A stretch of 64,000 nucleotides of DNA. Origin: Takakia lepidozioides (taxonomy: Eukaryota > Plantae > Bryophyta). The notes beneath the pieces are model-generated. The model ran no database searches, was not told the DNA's origin, and was given only the letters and a program-made list of their open reading frames with translations. The stretch lies in contig CM060731.1 of NCBI GenBank assembly GCA_030704615.1, positions 1,054,001 to 1,118,000 on the forward strand. The letters are read 5' to 3'. Below are positions 50,530-62,291 of the stretch, piece after piece. Position 1 is the stretch's first letter, and each line of letters starts with the position of its first letter. The translations under genes and the position numbers were made by a program.

Positions 50530-51245
50530 GACCGCCTGCAGCAGTTCCGTAGTACGGACCGAGTATGTTTTTTTTGGGAGACTATGGATATTTTTACATA
50601 TACAAGTACACTCATTTTAATTAAATTTATGATGGCCACCACACCCAGCACATAATCGTATATCTGACCGCCATCCAGTGGTCCCAATTTCGGCGGTCCG
50701 GTTTTACATATTGTTATGTATACAAATAACAACTAAAGCATATACCGGACCACCAGCCAGCGGTCCCAATTTTGGCGGTCCGGTTTTTTTTTCTTGGGGA
50801 GGCAAATATATGTTGTTACGAATACAAATAACAACTAAAGCATATACCGGACCACCAGCCAGTGGTCCCAATTTTGGTGGTCCGGTTTTTTTTTCTTGGG
50901 GAGGCAAATACATATTGTTACGTATGCAAGTAACTACTAAAGCATATACCGGACCACCAGCTAGCGGTCCCAATTTCGGCGGTCTGCTTTACTTTTGGGG
51001 AGGCAAATACATATTGTTACATATTCAAATAAAAAATAAAAAATAAAACAAATATAAATAAAAACTAAAGCATATACCCGACCACCAGCCAGTGGTCCCA
51101 ATTTCGGCGGTCCGGATTTTAATATGTTGTATCAGGACCGCCAGCTCCTCCCGTTCTTTTACCACATAAACCATTTTGTTCAACGGGGAAGGCCACCTCC
51201 GGCGGTCCTGTTCGCTTCAGTAAAGAAGATTATAATGGGACCGCC
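50530..51245. repeat. subterminal-type array: 102-bp units with a GGACCACC...GGCGGTCC inverted core, plus dispersed GACCGCC motifs
   Basis: ccggac at 50745, 50847 and 50949, with variants at ~50666 and ~51078. Same GACCGCC/GGCGGTC core as the hAT arrays. Confidence 0.85.
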
Positions 51246-51753
51246 CGTTCAATAACGAACATTTTGCCGGTACCCCGCCTGCACAGCCACAAAGGTGGGG
51301 AGGTGTGGGGGGGGGGCATGGGTATATAAGGCCAGACCTCAAGCCACATACCCCCTTTTCTCTCGTCTTCTGTGAGAGTGGTTTTGAGTCATTGGATGCT
51401 CAACATTTTTTTGCCTTGGACCGCGCGCACAAGGGGAAGACGGTTTTCTTCGGGTTCGGGACAGTGGGTTAGGGTTTAGATTTCCATTTTCTACCCTGCA
51501 TTTCCTCGTTGAAGTTGCGCACGCAAAGGAATCAATTTGGGGGAGAGGGAGGGGGGGCGTTTAGAATTATATTCCTGGTTTCAAAGGAGGCAAAATAGGT
51601 GAGTTTACATTGCAAATTTATTGGCCAAGCAACATTGTACTTGCGTAGCATTTGGAGCGGGGTTGAATTGTAGGCAAGGTGGGGCAAAACATATTGGGTG
51701 CTTCACAGTTACAAAAGTGCATTTGTTTGCACTATTTGCTAAGCATTTACGGA

Positions 51754-52245
51754 ATGTCTGCGTGTGTGTCCAGTGTCGTGCCCGGGATTTCGTCTGGGAG
51801 TGGGGGCCGGACTAAGGAAGAGGAAATCTCGCATGCATGATACCCATGTCAACAAAATTGACTATCCGGGAAAGGAGGCATTAAAGTGCGTGAAGGAAGT
51901 GGTTCGAGATTATTTCGTCGAAAATGACATGTTGAGCTTGCAAAGCGCGTACGTCCAGTATGGGCTTGATGGGTTTCGCAATTTCCAACGCAAGCTGGAG
52001 GGGGAAATGAGGGAGGCTTTGGCAGGTGATGAGTGAGGGAGGACAGGATGAAGTGCAAGTTTGATAGCTGGGTGCAGGGTCGGGCACTGGATGGCACATG
52101 GAATTTGAGGCAACTGATGGATACAGTTGTGAACAAGACAACTGACGGCCCGGTCCCTACTTGGGAGAATGAATTGTTTGTGCTTGTCGATTGGTGGGCT
52201 GATATGGCAAAGGCCTATGCAAGAAGGAGAACCCGACGTCCCTAG
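51754..52245 (+). pseudogene. homolog of the hAT accessory ORF (two frameshifts)
   Basis: MSACVSSVVPGISSGSGGR / RKRKSRMHDTHVNKIDYPGKEAL...MREALAGDE / EDRMKCKFDSWVQGRALDGTW...LVDWWADMAKAYARRR. TATA-like gtatataag at ~51322. Confidence 0.7.
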
Positions 52246-54779
52246 AAGATAGGAAGGCCATCTGATGGTGGGGGGTCAATGTTGGGGGACTCGCAAGGAC
52301 AGCCGGGACTAGATATTGCGGAAGCGGGGAAGTCTAAAGGAATATGAGGACATCAAGTATCCGTTGTTCACCGTGAACGCAGGAAGTTTGGCATGATAGC
52401 TGCAAAAACCAATCGATATAATATTTTCGATGTCAGCATGTTCTATGATCAGTCCACATAACGATTCTAGAACTAACATGAGAGACTCTCATATTAGTCT
52501 CTGTGTTAGTGTGGTATAGTGAGAGTTAGTAGGCTCGGGCTTCGTTTAATTGGTCTTGGACGCATTAGATAGGTTGTAGACACATTAAACATGATGATCA
52601 ATGTTTAAGGATGATGGCTTTTAAGTTTAATGAAACAAGCATATATCATTGTCAATCGCCATTTTGGACATGGATGATGAGAGATGAAACGCCATTAATA
52701 TCTAACCTAAAGTGTGTGTATACAAGATCGGGTCATACTGAATTGTTGGCATATATGTGTATTTTGAATCATATGTATTTATGATGCTTCGACCACACAC
52801 TTGGATGACCGGCTCTAACCCGTCATATGACCGACTATAGTCGGTCCAATACGTATCTCGGAAAAATGTATACGCATAATATGCATCCATTGTACCAAGA
52901 TACCTTTGTTGATGTGGTTATATAGGGAGTCTTATAAAGTTGGATGGAAATGTTATTAGTACGGGTATGTGTTTATGTTATGCTCTCTAACAGTTGGCAC
53001 TTTGGAGAAACGACACATACTTAGCTATATACTGCTTCATTTCATGTGGCCTCCATCAGTAGACGCACCCGCAACAATGCTATAGAAATAATTCACATAA
53101 CGTTTTGTGACAACAATTCTACTGCTCGCTTTTGCAAGTAAATAAAGCAGTTGACATCAATTTGCTGCAACTCGAACCCCCAACGTTTTAGTTGAATTGT
53201 TTGTGTGCCAAATCACCTGTCTTTTGAACATTGTCATAACGTTCTCAGCCGGTTTTGTTGCCACTCATATCTCTCCAAGTTAGCATGTCGCATTGGATTG
53301 TCTTGTGACTGGAATCACGTTGCTAGCGAATAGGGTACGCACATTGTTAGCTGGTTTCGTTGCGACTCGTATGAAAAATGAATCCAACAAACTGATACAT
53401 ATGGACTATACATACCAAACTATTTGGCACGACAGTGAAAGCATGTACAAATGATGTAAGGAACAATCGCAAATGCAACAATCTACAAGCATAAAACATT
53501 AAAATGCGATGTTTGTGAGACCACCACATGCTTATTGAAGAAGGGGTGGTTGATTTGTGAATGTATTATTTTACCGCCATTTGTGCATGTGTTGAATTTG
53601 AGATTTTGGCATATTTCACAAAGTGATTGCACTTTCAAATATCGACAAATCGCCCTGCCATCTTTAGTTACAACAATCCTTAACAAATTACTTGTTCATC
53701 CTCTGAATGAACATGCCTACCACACATGTTGCCCCACGACCGCTGGAAGATGGGAGAAGAACTTCTGCTAGAGCTCTTCCATGGTCGTTGCTTGCACATG
53801 TGTGCAAGAAGTGCAAAATGTTTTACGATTACCTCAGTCTCCATCGAGGCCAGATGCGGTACCTTTGGCGGTCATTATATCCATGCACATGCAAAGTTAA
53901 CTGCATACTTTCAAGAAAATTTATACAAGTTCCTCTCACACTGTAAATGTGCAGCTCAACAGCTGTAGCTTTGAGGATGGTCGATTGTAGACTTGTGAAA
54001 GGTCCGCAAGCATCAGTTCAAAGAACAGCCGACAACTCTCCCAAACCCTTCTACATAACTGATTACGGCTTCCCAACGTTCGCCCGTCATGAAACGGCGA
54101 GGCGACCGTTCTTGCATGAAGATTGTGTAGAACCGCAGGCCATTGTCCCCCTCACTTTCAGTTGCCCACAGCAGAGCTCGGTGGGCTTGGGATGCTACTC
54201 ATTCCGTGCCGTAGACTTCGCTGGAGCGGAAAGGCGGGATGGTAGGTTGGGGGGATTATTCGGTCGTTTGTCTGTACGCGCGTCGTCGCTGATTTCCTCC
54301 TGTTAAGCCATCTTAGGCTGCTGGCTTCCGACTACAGTCTATCAATAACATAGAGTGAAATTAAGCAGCTTTTTACGGGACATCGAGGAGTTATGATATA
54401 TCGGTTGCGAAGCTGTCCCCAAAAATGGCAATGGAGATCGACGTCCACAATTGAGACGATGCTGACCAAGGAGGTCCATTGCAGAAAAGTGGAAGAAAAA
54501 GGGGCTAGGCGGGATGTGAAGTGGGAACTATATGACAGACCTGAAATCGTGGCGAACGACAGTTGGGATGACATTGAACAACATGCGATATGGCCCCTGC
54601 ACGGGTGCAAAGCAATTATGAAAATGTGTCACATGAACCGTTTGTGGCATAGGAGAGGCATGAGGTGCAAATGAGGAACAAATTGGAACGCGTTAACTTG
54701 CACCAACTAACATTCCCCCCATACAGCGGAAGAGGTGCATCGGATATTATGGGGAGAAAAATGTTATAGGAATCAAATA

Positions 54780-55310
54780 TCCTATAGCTTTCCAACCATG
54801 TTGGATCACTGACTCCACCATTGTCCTCATCCCGGCTGGCTCTCCCGGCTGCACGAAGTGCTAAGTGTCGTTCATAACGATTCACCTGTTCTTTGTTGAT
54901 TGCCACAACAAACTTGACCCAATTTATCTCCACCCCTTTTGTTTCAGCAACCAAAGCCCTCGCAAATTGAAGAGTGAGTTTGTTGTTGGTTACCTTCCTG
55001 GAACTTGTCACTTTGCGGTATATCTTGTCTATCTCTTGAACAAATTCAGGATTAGGTTTACATTTGTACCAATACCCTTGCTTTCCATCATTTGGCCCAA
55101 AGACTTATTGTAACTCTGCAGGACTGGTATGGGTATCATTCAACTCTTTGACAGGGTCCAAACCAGTTGCGCGCAAGCCTTGGACTTCCTTGAAGTACTT
55201 GAGATCATGTCGTAGGACAGGCTTGCGCACTCTGATCACCACCTCATCAGAATTTTCGGGAAGCTTCGTTGCTTGCGAGCCACCTCCCTGTGTCGACATA
55301 CTTCCATACC
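54780..55310 (-). pseudogene. unknown, probably TE-associated protein (one in-frame stop)
   Basis: ORFs 55105-55299 and 54616-55011 join in one frame across a TAA: ...VFGPNDGKQGYWYKCKPNPEFVQEIDKIYRKVT...LTLQFARALVAETKGVEINWVKF. Confidence 0.5.
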
Positions 55311-55435
55311 TAGGCCATACAAAAAGAAATGAAATTGGTACTTCACACCAAAAATAAACACTACAAAGACCAAAAAGAAAGAGGTACTCAGCTAATAACA
55401 GATAACAGTACTTGGACCCTATTATCTGATTATCT

Positions 55436-57735
55436 GTTGTTCCAGGCCTATTCTCTGTGTTGTTCCAGGTCTGTTAGCGAATTTAAGTCACATCAAGTTT
55501 GTGACCCTACTTTATTTATGCTACATCAGTCGAGTTGCACAGGTGCAGTAAACAAAGATCTATATGGAAAACTATAGATAAACCTGACCAGTGATGATCA
55601 ATCGCAGCACGTCCAAACATTCCTGGCCTGGAAAATGTACCCTATGCTAAATGTACAGTGAGCAACTTCTGAAAGATGGATAGCGATAGACCTCAGCAAG
55701 GTGAACAACTTCTTCAGCGCGCAGCTCCTCCTTTTTCTTGACCGATTGCTTTCGTCTCCTCCTTAACTCTCTTCTGCTCGACCCTTGCCTGCTCAGGTCA
55801 ACCCCAGTGCTCAACAAATCGCAATATTAATCAGAAGTTAGCAGAGCCTAAGCACTCTGGTATGTGTTACGCCACTCGTACCTAATTAGCTGATTCCCTG
55901 GGATGAGAAATGCTCGTGCGTGCTGCAGTTTTCTGATCTGTGTTCGTCTGTGTTGAACTCTATCTATAGTTCACTTTATTAGACCTGTGAGGTGTAGGAT
56001 TCGTTATATTTGACTCAGATGTGTTGGTTGAGGTCTTGCAGTGGAGTTATTGTCAACGTGACAAGGATTTGGCTTGCAAGAGACCTCCGTCTCCATATTA
56101 TTCTGCTTATATCACGCAGACTCCTCTTGCCCTACTTTACTTATGCTACATCAGTCGAGTTGCACAGGTGCAGTAAACAAAGATCTATATGGAAAACTAT
56201 AGATAAACCTGACCAGTGATGATCAATCGCAGCACGTCCAAACATTCCTGGCCTGGAAAATGTACCCTATGCTAAATGTACAGTGAGCAACTTCTGAAAG
56301 ATGGATAGACCTCAGCAAGGTGAACAACTTCTTCAGCGCGCAGCTCCTCCTTTTTCTTGACTTCGATTGCTTTTGCCTCCTCCTTAACTCTCTTCTGCTC
56401 GACCCTTGCCTGCTCAGGTCAACCCCTAACTAGTAGTACAGAATATATAGACACTATAATCTTGAAATTATATGGTCTAAAAGAGGGATCTTATAGATCC
56501 ACTGACCATATAAGGAGCTCCTAGCCAGCCCCAACTCACACAGATCTTTGTATGCAACTTTTATGGTGGGGAGGTGAGTTCCTCATTACAGTTAATAAAG
56601 TATTCAATTCTGAACATACCAGTCTCATGTACCAGCATCAGAGCCAGCTGAAGTTAGGAATCTTGCATACTATGTAAAGGCAGAATCATGAGTCATGAAT
56701 CCCATTCTTTTCAAAGCATTTGGATGGCACAAATTTCCATACTTGGAAAATCTGCATGGAGATACGTGTGCTATAAGGGTTGGAGAAAGATCTCTGGACC
56801 GTATAGTTAATGGATCTGAAGTCAGACTTGTACCAGCAACACCAGGTGCCTGGACAACCTGTTTGCGATAAGAAGGATGGACACACGTGTGCCTGCATCC
56901 TCCTGAACCTCAAAGATACAACTCGGTAGCATGTTACATATGTTAGCATGCAAAAACAACCAAGGAAACATGGAATGTACTTTCTGCATGGATTGTTTGT
57001 TGGATTGCATGGGTCCATGACGATCAATTTGCCAGGAGGAGTGGTCAGAATATACTTAACTAAATGCGCCTGGGCTACATAATGCTTGATTTGATCTCTG
57101 TAAGTTGAGCAGCTGACACAGTGTCCCAGGCTACTACCAGCTCGAATTTAGAGCTTCTTCCACAGTAATTATGGCAAATGACGACGATCAGTGACGGATA
57201 CCAGTCTCACAACATGCCCTTGAAGGCTAGCAGTCTATCCACTCAATAAATTGAGAGATGCAGTAAACAAAGATCTATATGGAAAACTATAGATAAACCT
57301 GGTGATGATCAATCGCAGCACGTCCAAACATTCCTGGCCTGGAAAATGTACCCTATCTGTTGTTCCAGGCCTGTTCTCTTTATTGTTCCAGGTCTGTTAA
57401 CGAATTTAAGTCACATCAAGTCACATTAAGTTTGTGACCCTACTTTATTTATTCTACATCAGTCGAGTTGCACAGGTGCAGTAAACAAAGATCTATATGG
57501 AAAACTATAGATAAATCTGGTGATGATCAATCCCAACCCGTCCAAACATTCCTGGCCTGGAAAATGTACCCTATGCTAAATGTACAGTGAGCAACTTCTG
57601 AAACAGGGATAGCGATAGACCTCAGCAAGGTGAACAACTTCTTCAGAGCGCAGCTCCTCCTTTTTCTTGACTTCGATTGTTTTTGCCTCCTCCTTAACTC
57701 TCGTCTGCTCGACCCTTGCCTGCTCAGGTTCAATT
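55436..57735. repeat. four near-identical copies of a ~100-380 bp segment (55436-55805, 56130-56426, 57258-57355, 57356-57735) carrying a coiled-coil exon piece
   Basis: Shared text gcagtaaacaaagatctatatggaaaactatagataaa...; minus strand reads EQARVEQxRVKEEAKxIEVKKKEELR in three of the copies. Confidence 0.85.
56980..57257 (-). pseudogene. fragment resembling the OAS1_C / nucleotidyltransferase C-terminal lobe
   Basis: CVSCSTYRDQIKHYVAQAHLVKYILTTPPGKLIVMDPCNPTNNPC, preceded across frameshifts by SQFIEWI/LLAFKG and PGTLC. Confidence 0.45.
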
Positions 57736-59313
57736 CGCCAATACGTGAACTGTTGAAAAAGATGCTGATTGAATTGGTTATGTGTACGTTGCAAGCAAAG
57801 GAGATGGAAAGAAGTCAGAGAATAAAAAGGGAGAATGATGCCAGGAACGCGCAGAGAAAGTTCACCGCCACACAAAGTAGGAGGAAAGTGACGGTGAGAA
57901 CTTCAAGGACGAGGTGATCTCTGGTCATCTATGGACCGTCTGCAGGCAATATCATAAACCTTAAATTATCCTAATCAAGATCTACTGGCTCTACTCAAGG
58001 CTGGCTCTACTGGCTGTATATATTAGAGCTTAATATATACATACATACATGTAACTGGATTTTAAGTAAATCTAGACTTTCCAAAGTCCAGGAATAACAT
58101 ATATATTGATTTATTTATTTATTTAAATTGAATAAAAATTCAATATGAAAACAAATTGAAATGATTTTATTAAGTTTATTGTAGTAGATGTTTAGTAAAT
58201 ATTGCTGTTCCCAGAGAATCCATACCTGATCACATCCCTAATATGAGTTGAAATCCTAGTTTTCTACAGTTTCACGGGCAGCACCGGAGACCTCATATCA
58301 ATCACAGTTGCTTCATTTTTTTAATATTAACCTACAAAAAAATGCCAAACATTGTCACTCCAGAAGCACAGGAGAATTATGACTGCTGTCCCAAGTTCGA
58401 CATCTCCAATGAGGCAAGGGAGATCTCCCGATCTATGATTAGAACATGGTAAGATAGAAAGACATCCCGTCGGGATACGTCCCAAAATGTCCAGAGTAAT
58501 TTATTAGAGCATCACCAAACCAAATTTGTACAGCCATTGAGGTCCTTGGCTATGGGCACTAATCAACCATCATTATCCCATAGGACCCAAAACCATAGTC
58601 TTCGACGCAAACCAATACTGAAGTCTCTATAGAAGCCAATTCATTCGAACAGTTTGCCTCCAATGCATCAGCCCTTTGACATAACTGTTTATCTTTGTCT
58701 ATCATCGTCCTCGAGTCTCAGACCGGTTCCTCAAGAGCGTCATCCATAAAATAATAACCACCTAGCGGATTCCAAGGTCACAGGCAAGGCCGTGAACCGA
58801 TTATTCTTCATTCATGTAAGTCATAGCTCCACGCACAAAACACATGCGGACCAGGGGGCTTGTGATGGGACCAGGTGAGGATCCTCACTTATTTTGAAAT
58901 TTCTTGAGCATACAATTGGGGATATGGGCTAAGGAGACCTGTAAGTTATGGCGCCTTGAAGTGGTTGCTGCCTGCAGCCCCGAATTCAACCCGACTGCTC
59001 CTGGTTTGGCATGCGACAGCCTATGTTTTGGCTTTTGTTGTTCTGCCATCGATGGGGCAGCTCGACCTGTGTGGCCTGTCTCCTGAGGCCTGCATACAGA
59101 CCATACCCTATCTTTTGATCCTTGACAGCAGGGCCTGTGGATTAATGAGCTAGGTTGTAATTTCTTTGGGCCATAGAGGATATGGTTTTATGGGGCCTGC
59201 CTCGGCGGGTTTGGGACTTTAAGGACGTGGTGGCTTTGAATGTTATGGCGGCAGCCTGATAAGGCACCGACCTGCTCCTTTTCGGGCCTGTTTCTCGTGT
59301 GTAATGGATCATA

Positions 59314-59598
59314 GTGAGGTGTTCTTTGTTGAACACTGGTTTTTACCTGAGATCCTTTGATGGCACTCTAACGCCAATCGTCAAGGAGGGACGAGATTCT
59401 TTTGTTGAGGATCTTGTTGAGGCTTTATGGCCATTCCTTTCTGGCATGATGTCATCTCCGACAATTCAAGAGTACATGGAGGAGAATTACTGGAAGTGTG
59501 CAAATGTTCAGATGTCTGTCGATAGCTCTCACCCTGATTGGATTTGGCTAGCGAGATATGCAAATCCCCTAGGGATTACTGACCCTTGTGTGTTTTAA
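59314..59598 (+). pseudogene. C-terminal remnant of a fourth FCP1/NIF-like domain
   Basis: NTGFYLRSF...EDLVEALWPFLSGMMSSPTIQEYMEEN...DSSHPDWIW aligns with domain 3 (NTGVFHITF...DLTKALWPFLSSLIGAQSVVDYVGKN...DRNHVYWSW). LGIW motif at ~58917. Confidence 0.7.
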
Positions 59599-61019
59599 GG
59601 TATGTTCCCACCTCTTTGCTTTCAACTTCTTCTTTTTATGTCAACCGATGTGTCTTGGAGTAGTAGGTTAAGAGGTTAGAATGGGTCAGTAAGCACGGGA
59701 AGTCTCCCGTCCCTACTGCGCACCATGAATCTGGAAAGTATACTGATTTGTCTCATGGATTGGTTTATTTGTTCCAGTCAAGGCCAAGCGTGTATAAAGT
59801 CAACATCCGACAAGAAGAAGGATGGACATATCACACCAACAGGCCAGGAGGGTCTCTGGAGGTATATGAGTATTTCTGAGGAGGAGATCTGCTGGCGAGC
59901 ACAACGCTCTCAAACAGATGCAGGGCAACGGAATGTCCATCTGGGGAGATTTGGGATGAGAGTAGAATCCGCTACCCGTTCTTACTAGTCGGGTGACAGT
60001 CTTCCACCAGTTGGGATATTGTAAATAATGTACATTGACAATGACGCTATTCTCTATTCGCAAATTATGAATCCAAATGGTTCATTGTTTTTTATTCATT
60101 TCAGGTCCAGAGCGATGGATACCATGGCTGTGCTCTGTGTTCTTTGTGTACTCTTTGTTCGGTTTTGGAATTCATTACTCATGTCGAGGTATCACCACAG
60201 GAGATCTCCCCTACCTAACTATGTGCATGTTTTGGTTTCGTCATCACACCCGTCAGACTCTTTTAGACTAGAGAGCGTGAGTAAGGACAGGAGACCTCCC
60301 GTCCTCTTTGCCTTTCTATTTGTGCTTGTTCCTGTCAGACCCCTCATTCTCTTATGGCTTTGGTGGGTTGTTGTGCCCTGTGCATGTTTACCCCTCAATT
60401 TAATTTGACTATGCCTGATGTGTATCGCTAATTGGGAGGGGAGACGGCTCACCGCTCATGGCTCATAGTTTCTGGCTCATGAAATAGTAAACCTCCATAG
60501 CATGAATCTGTTGGATTTGGCAAGGTATACGGACTCTAGTCTGTTGGGCAGTGTATTATGGTGATTAAGGAGTGGACACAGTGTTACAATAGTGGGGTGT
60601 AGTTGGGGGAGAAGATTGACATGCGTTTTGGGATGAAATGGAAACAGGTGGGGGCAGAGAGGTAGAGTACCTTATGCACACAAGGAGCGACACTATGGCG
60701 TGAGCGGTGAGCGCACGCTCACGCGGGGCTGACGTGGCGTGAGCCCACGCCCACGCCACGTCAGCATGAGCGGATGCCACGCAACCCGAGCGGAGGCCAC
60801 GTCAACAAATGCCAGAGGACGGGCGGTCGAAGAAATGATACCTATTCCCGTTGGACCTATATCCGTGGGAATAGGCATGTACAGTATGATGAAATTAGAC
60901 CCCATTATGTAAGAAGACCCCATGACTTCAATGAATAGGTAGGACTGTAAACCGCCGACCTATGCTGCATATTGCATACAAGACGACAAAGAATCCACCA
61001 TCTTCAAAGGCATTCAGTA

Positions 61020-61290
61020 CATAACAGAAATGGTGTGTTTCAAAGCTCACACCGTTTCTGCCCCATCCAAAAGGCTCTTTTTGAGGTCTCTTCAGACAAT
61101 AACAGAAAGCATGGAGGGTAATTCAAAGGATTGCATACATCAGGAAAATGGGTGTGCTTTGAAGCACACCGTTTCTGCCCCCCCCAAAACGCTTTTTTTG
61201 AGGTCTCTTCAGACAGCAACAGAAAGCATGGAGGGTACTTGAACAGATTGAATACATAGCAGAAATGGTGTGCTTCGAAGCATCTGGAAA
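61020..61290. repeat. ~118-bp tandem duplication (about 2.3 copies)
   Basis: cacaccgtttctgcccc...tttttgaggtctcttcagaca...acagaaagcatggagggta repeated. Confidence 0.8.
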
Positions 61291-61374
61291 TGAGGTCAGG
61301 CAGTATGCAGTGCCGCACACCATTTTTCCAACCAACCACACCACGCCACTTTCCTACATTGTTGTCAGCAGCCC

Positions 61375-61966
61375 CCATCACCTGCGCGGCCTTGCTTTCG
61401 TAGTATGCATCCTCCACATCTTCCTCAATGTCCACCGTCTGGACCTCCTCTGTCTCTACAGGTGGGTTCTCGACAACCACTCTCTGTATCTTCCCCTGCA
61501 ATGTTTCGACAGACGGATCTGTACTGCAGAGATGGTGTGCGGTGCCACACATCACTTTCCTACATTCCAAATGCGCCGCACCACCTTTCTGCCCATTGAA
61601 AAACACCGAATTTGGGACCCCATCAAGCTCTTGTTGAGAAGATTCCATTGAGTGTTGAAGGGGGTAGAAAAGAATGCACAAACGGTCTGCAGCGCCGCAC
61701 GTCGTTTAAGCTCCCTCTGAATGTGTGCTTTGACTGGAAGGGTAGGAATAGAGGATGTTGTTTGGGGTTCACAACAATGTAGGAAAGTGGTGTGCGGCAC
61801 ACACCACATCTCTGCAGTACTGACCCGTCTGTTGAAACATTGCAGGGGAAGATGCAGGGAGCGGTTGTCGAGAACCCACATGTAGAGACAGAGGAGGTCC
61901 AGACGGAGGACATGGAGGAAGATGTGGAGGATGCATACTACAAAAGCAAGGTCACGCAGATGAGGG
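61375..61966. repeat. long inverted repeat, ~190-bp arms (61375-61566 / 61776-61966)
   Basis: Both arms translate in opposite directions to LCSTDPSVETLQGKxQxxVVENPxVETEEVQTxDxEEDVEDAYY. Confidence 0.85.
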
Positions 61967-62291
61967 GAACCAGAAAGTGAACTCGCAACTTGTAATGAAC
62001 CACATGGTTGTAGCAGGTGGGAGGTTGAGGATTCCGCTTTGCAGAATGGTCTCTATGCCGATTGTTCGACCACCGCTCAGTAACGTTTTTGCAGGGTAGC
62101 TTAATCTCCATGCCCTAGCATGCAACACGCTCCATCCCCCAACTGACCCCCCACCCCCCCCCCCCCCCCCCCCCCACACCCCCCCCCCCCCCCCCCAGAT
62201 ATTGCGATCATTCATGGGTTGTCGAGGAGGAGGAGATTCATTGGCCCACCATAGCCACGGTAATTGATTTTATCTTTGACCATGTGATGTA

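Noticed and set aside
50678-51046. repeat protein with 34-aa units
   Set aside because: By-product of a 102-bp DNA tandem repeat that is open on both strands.
62147-62196. poly-C tract or G-quadruplex element
   Set aside because: Homopolymer length is unreliable and there is no supporting context.
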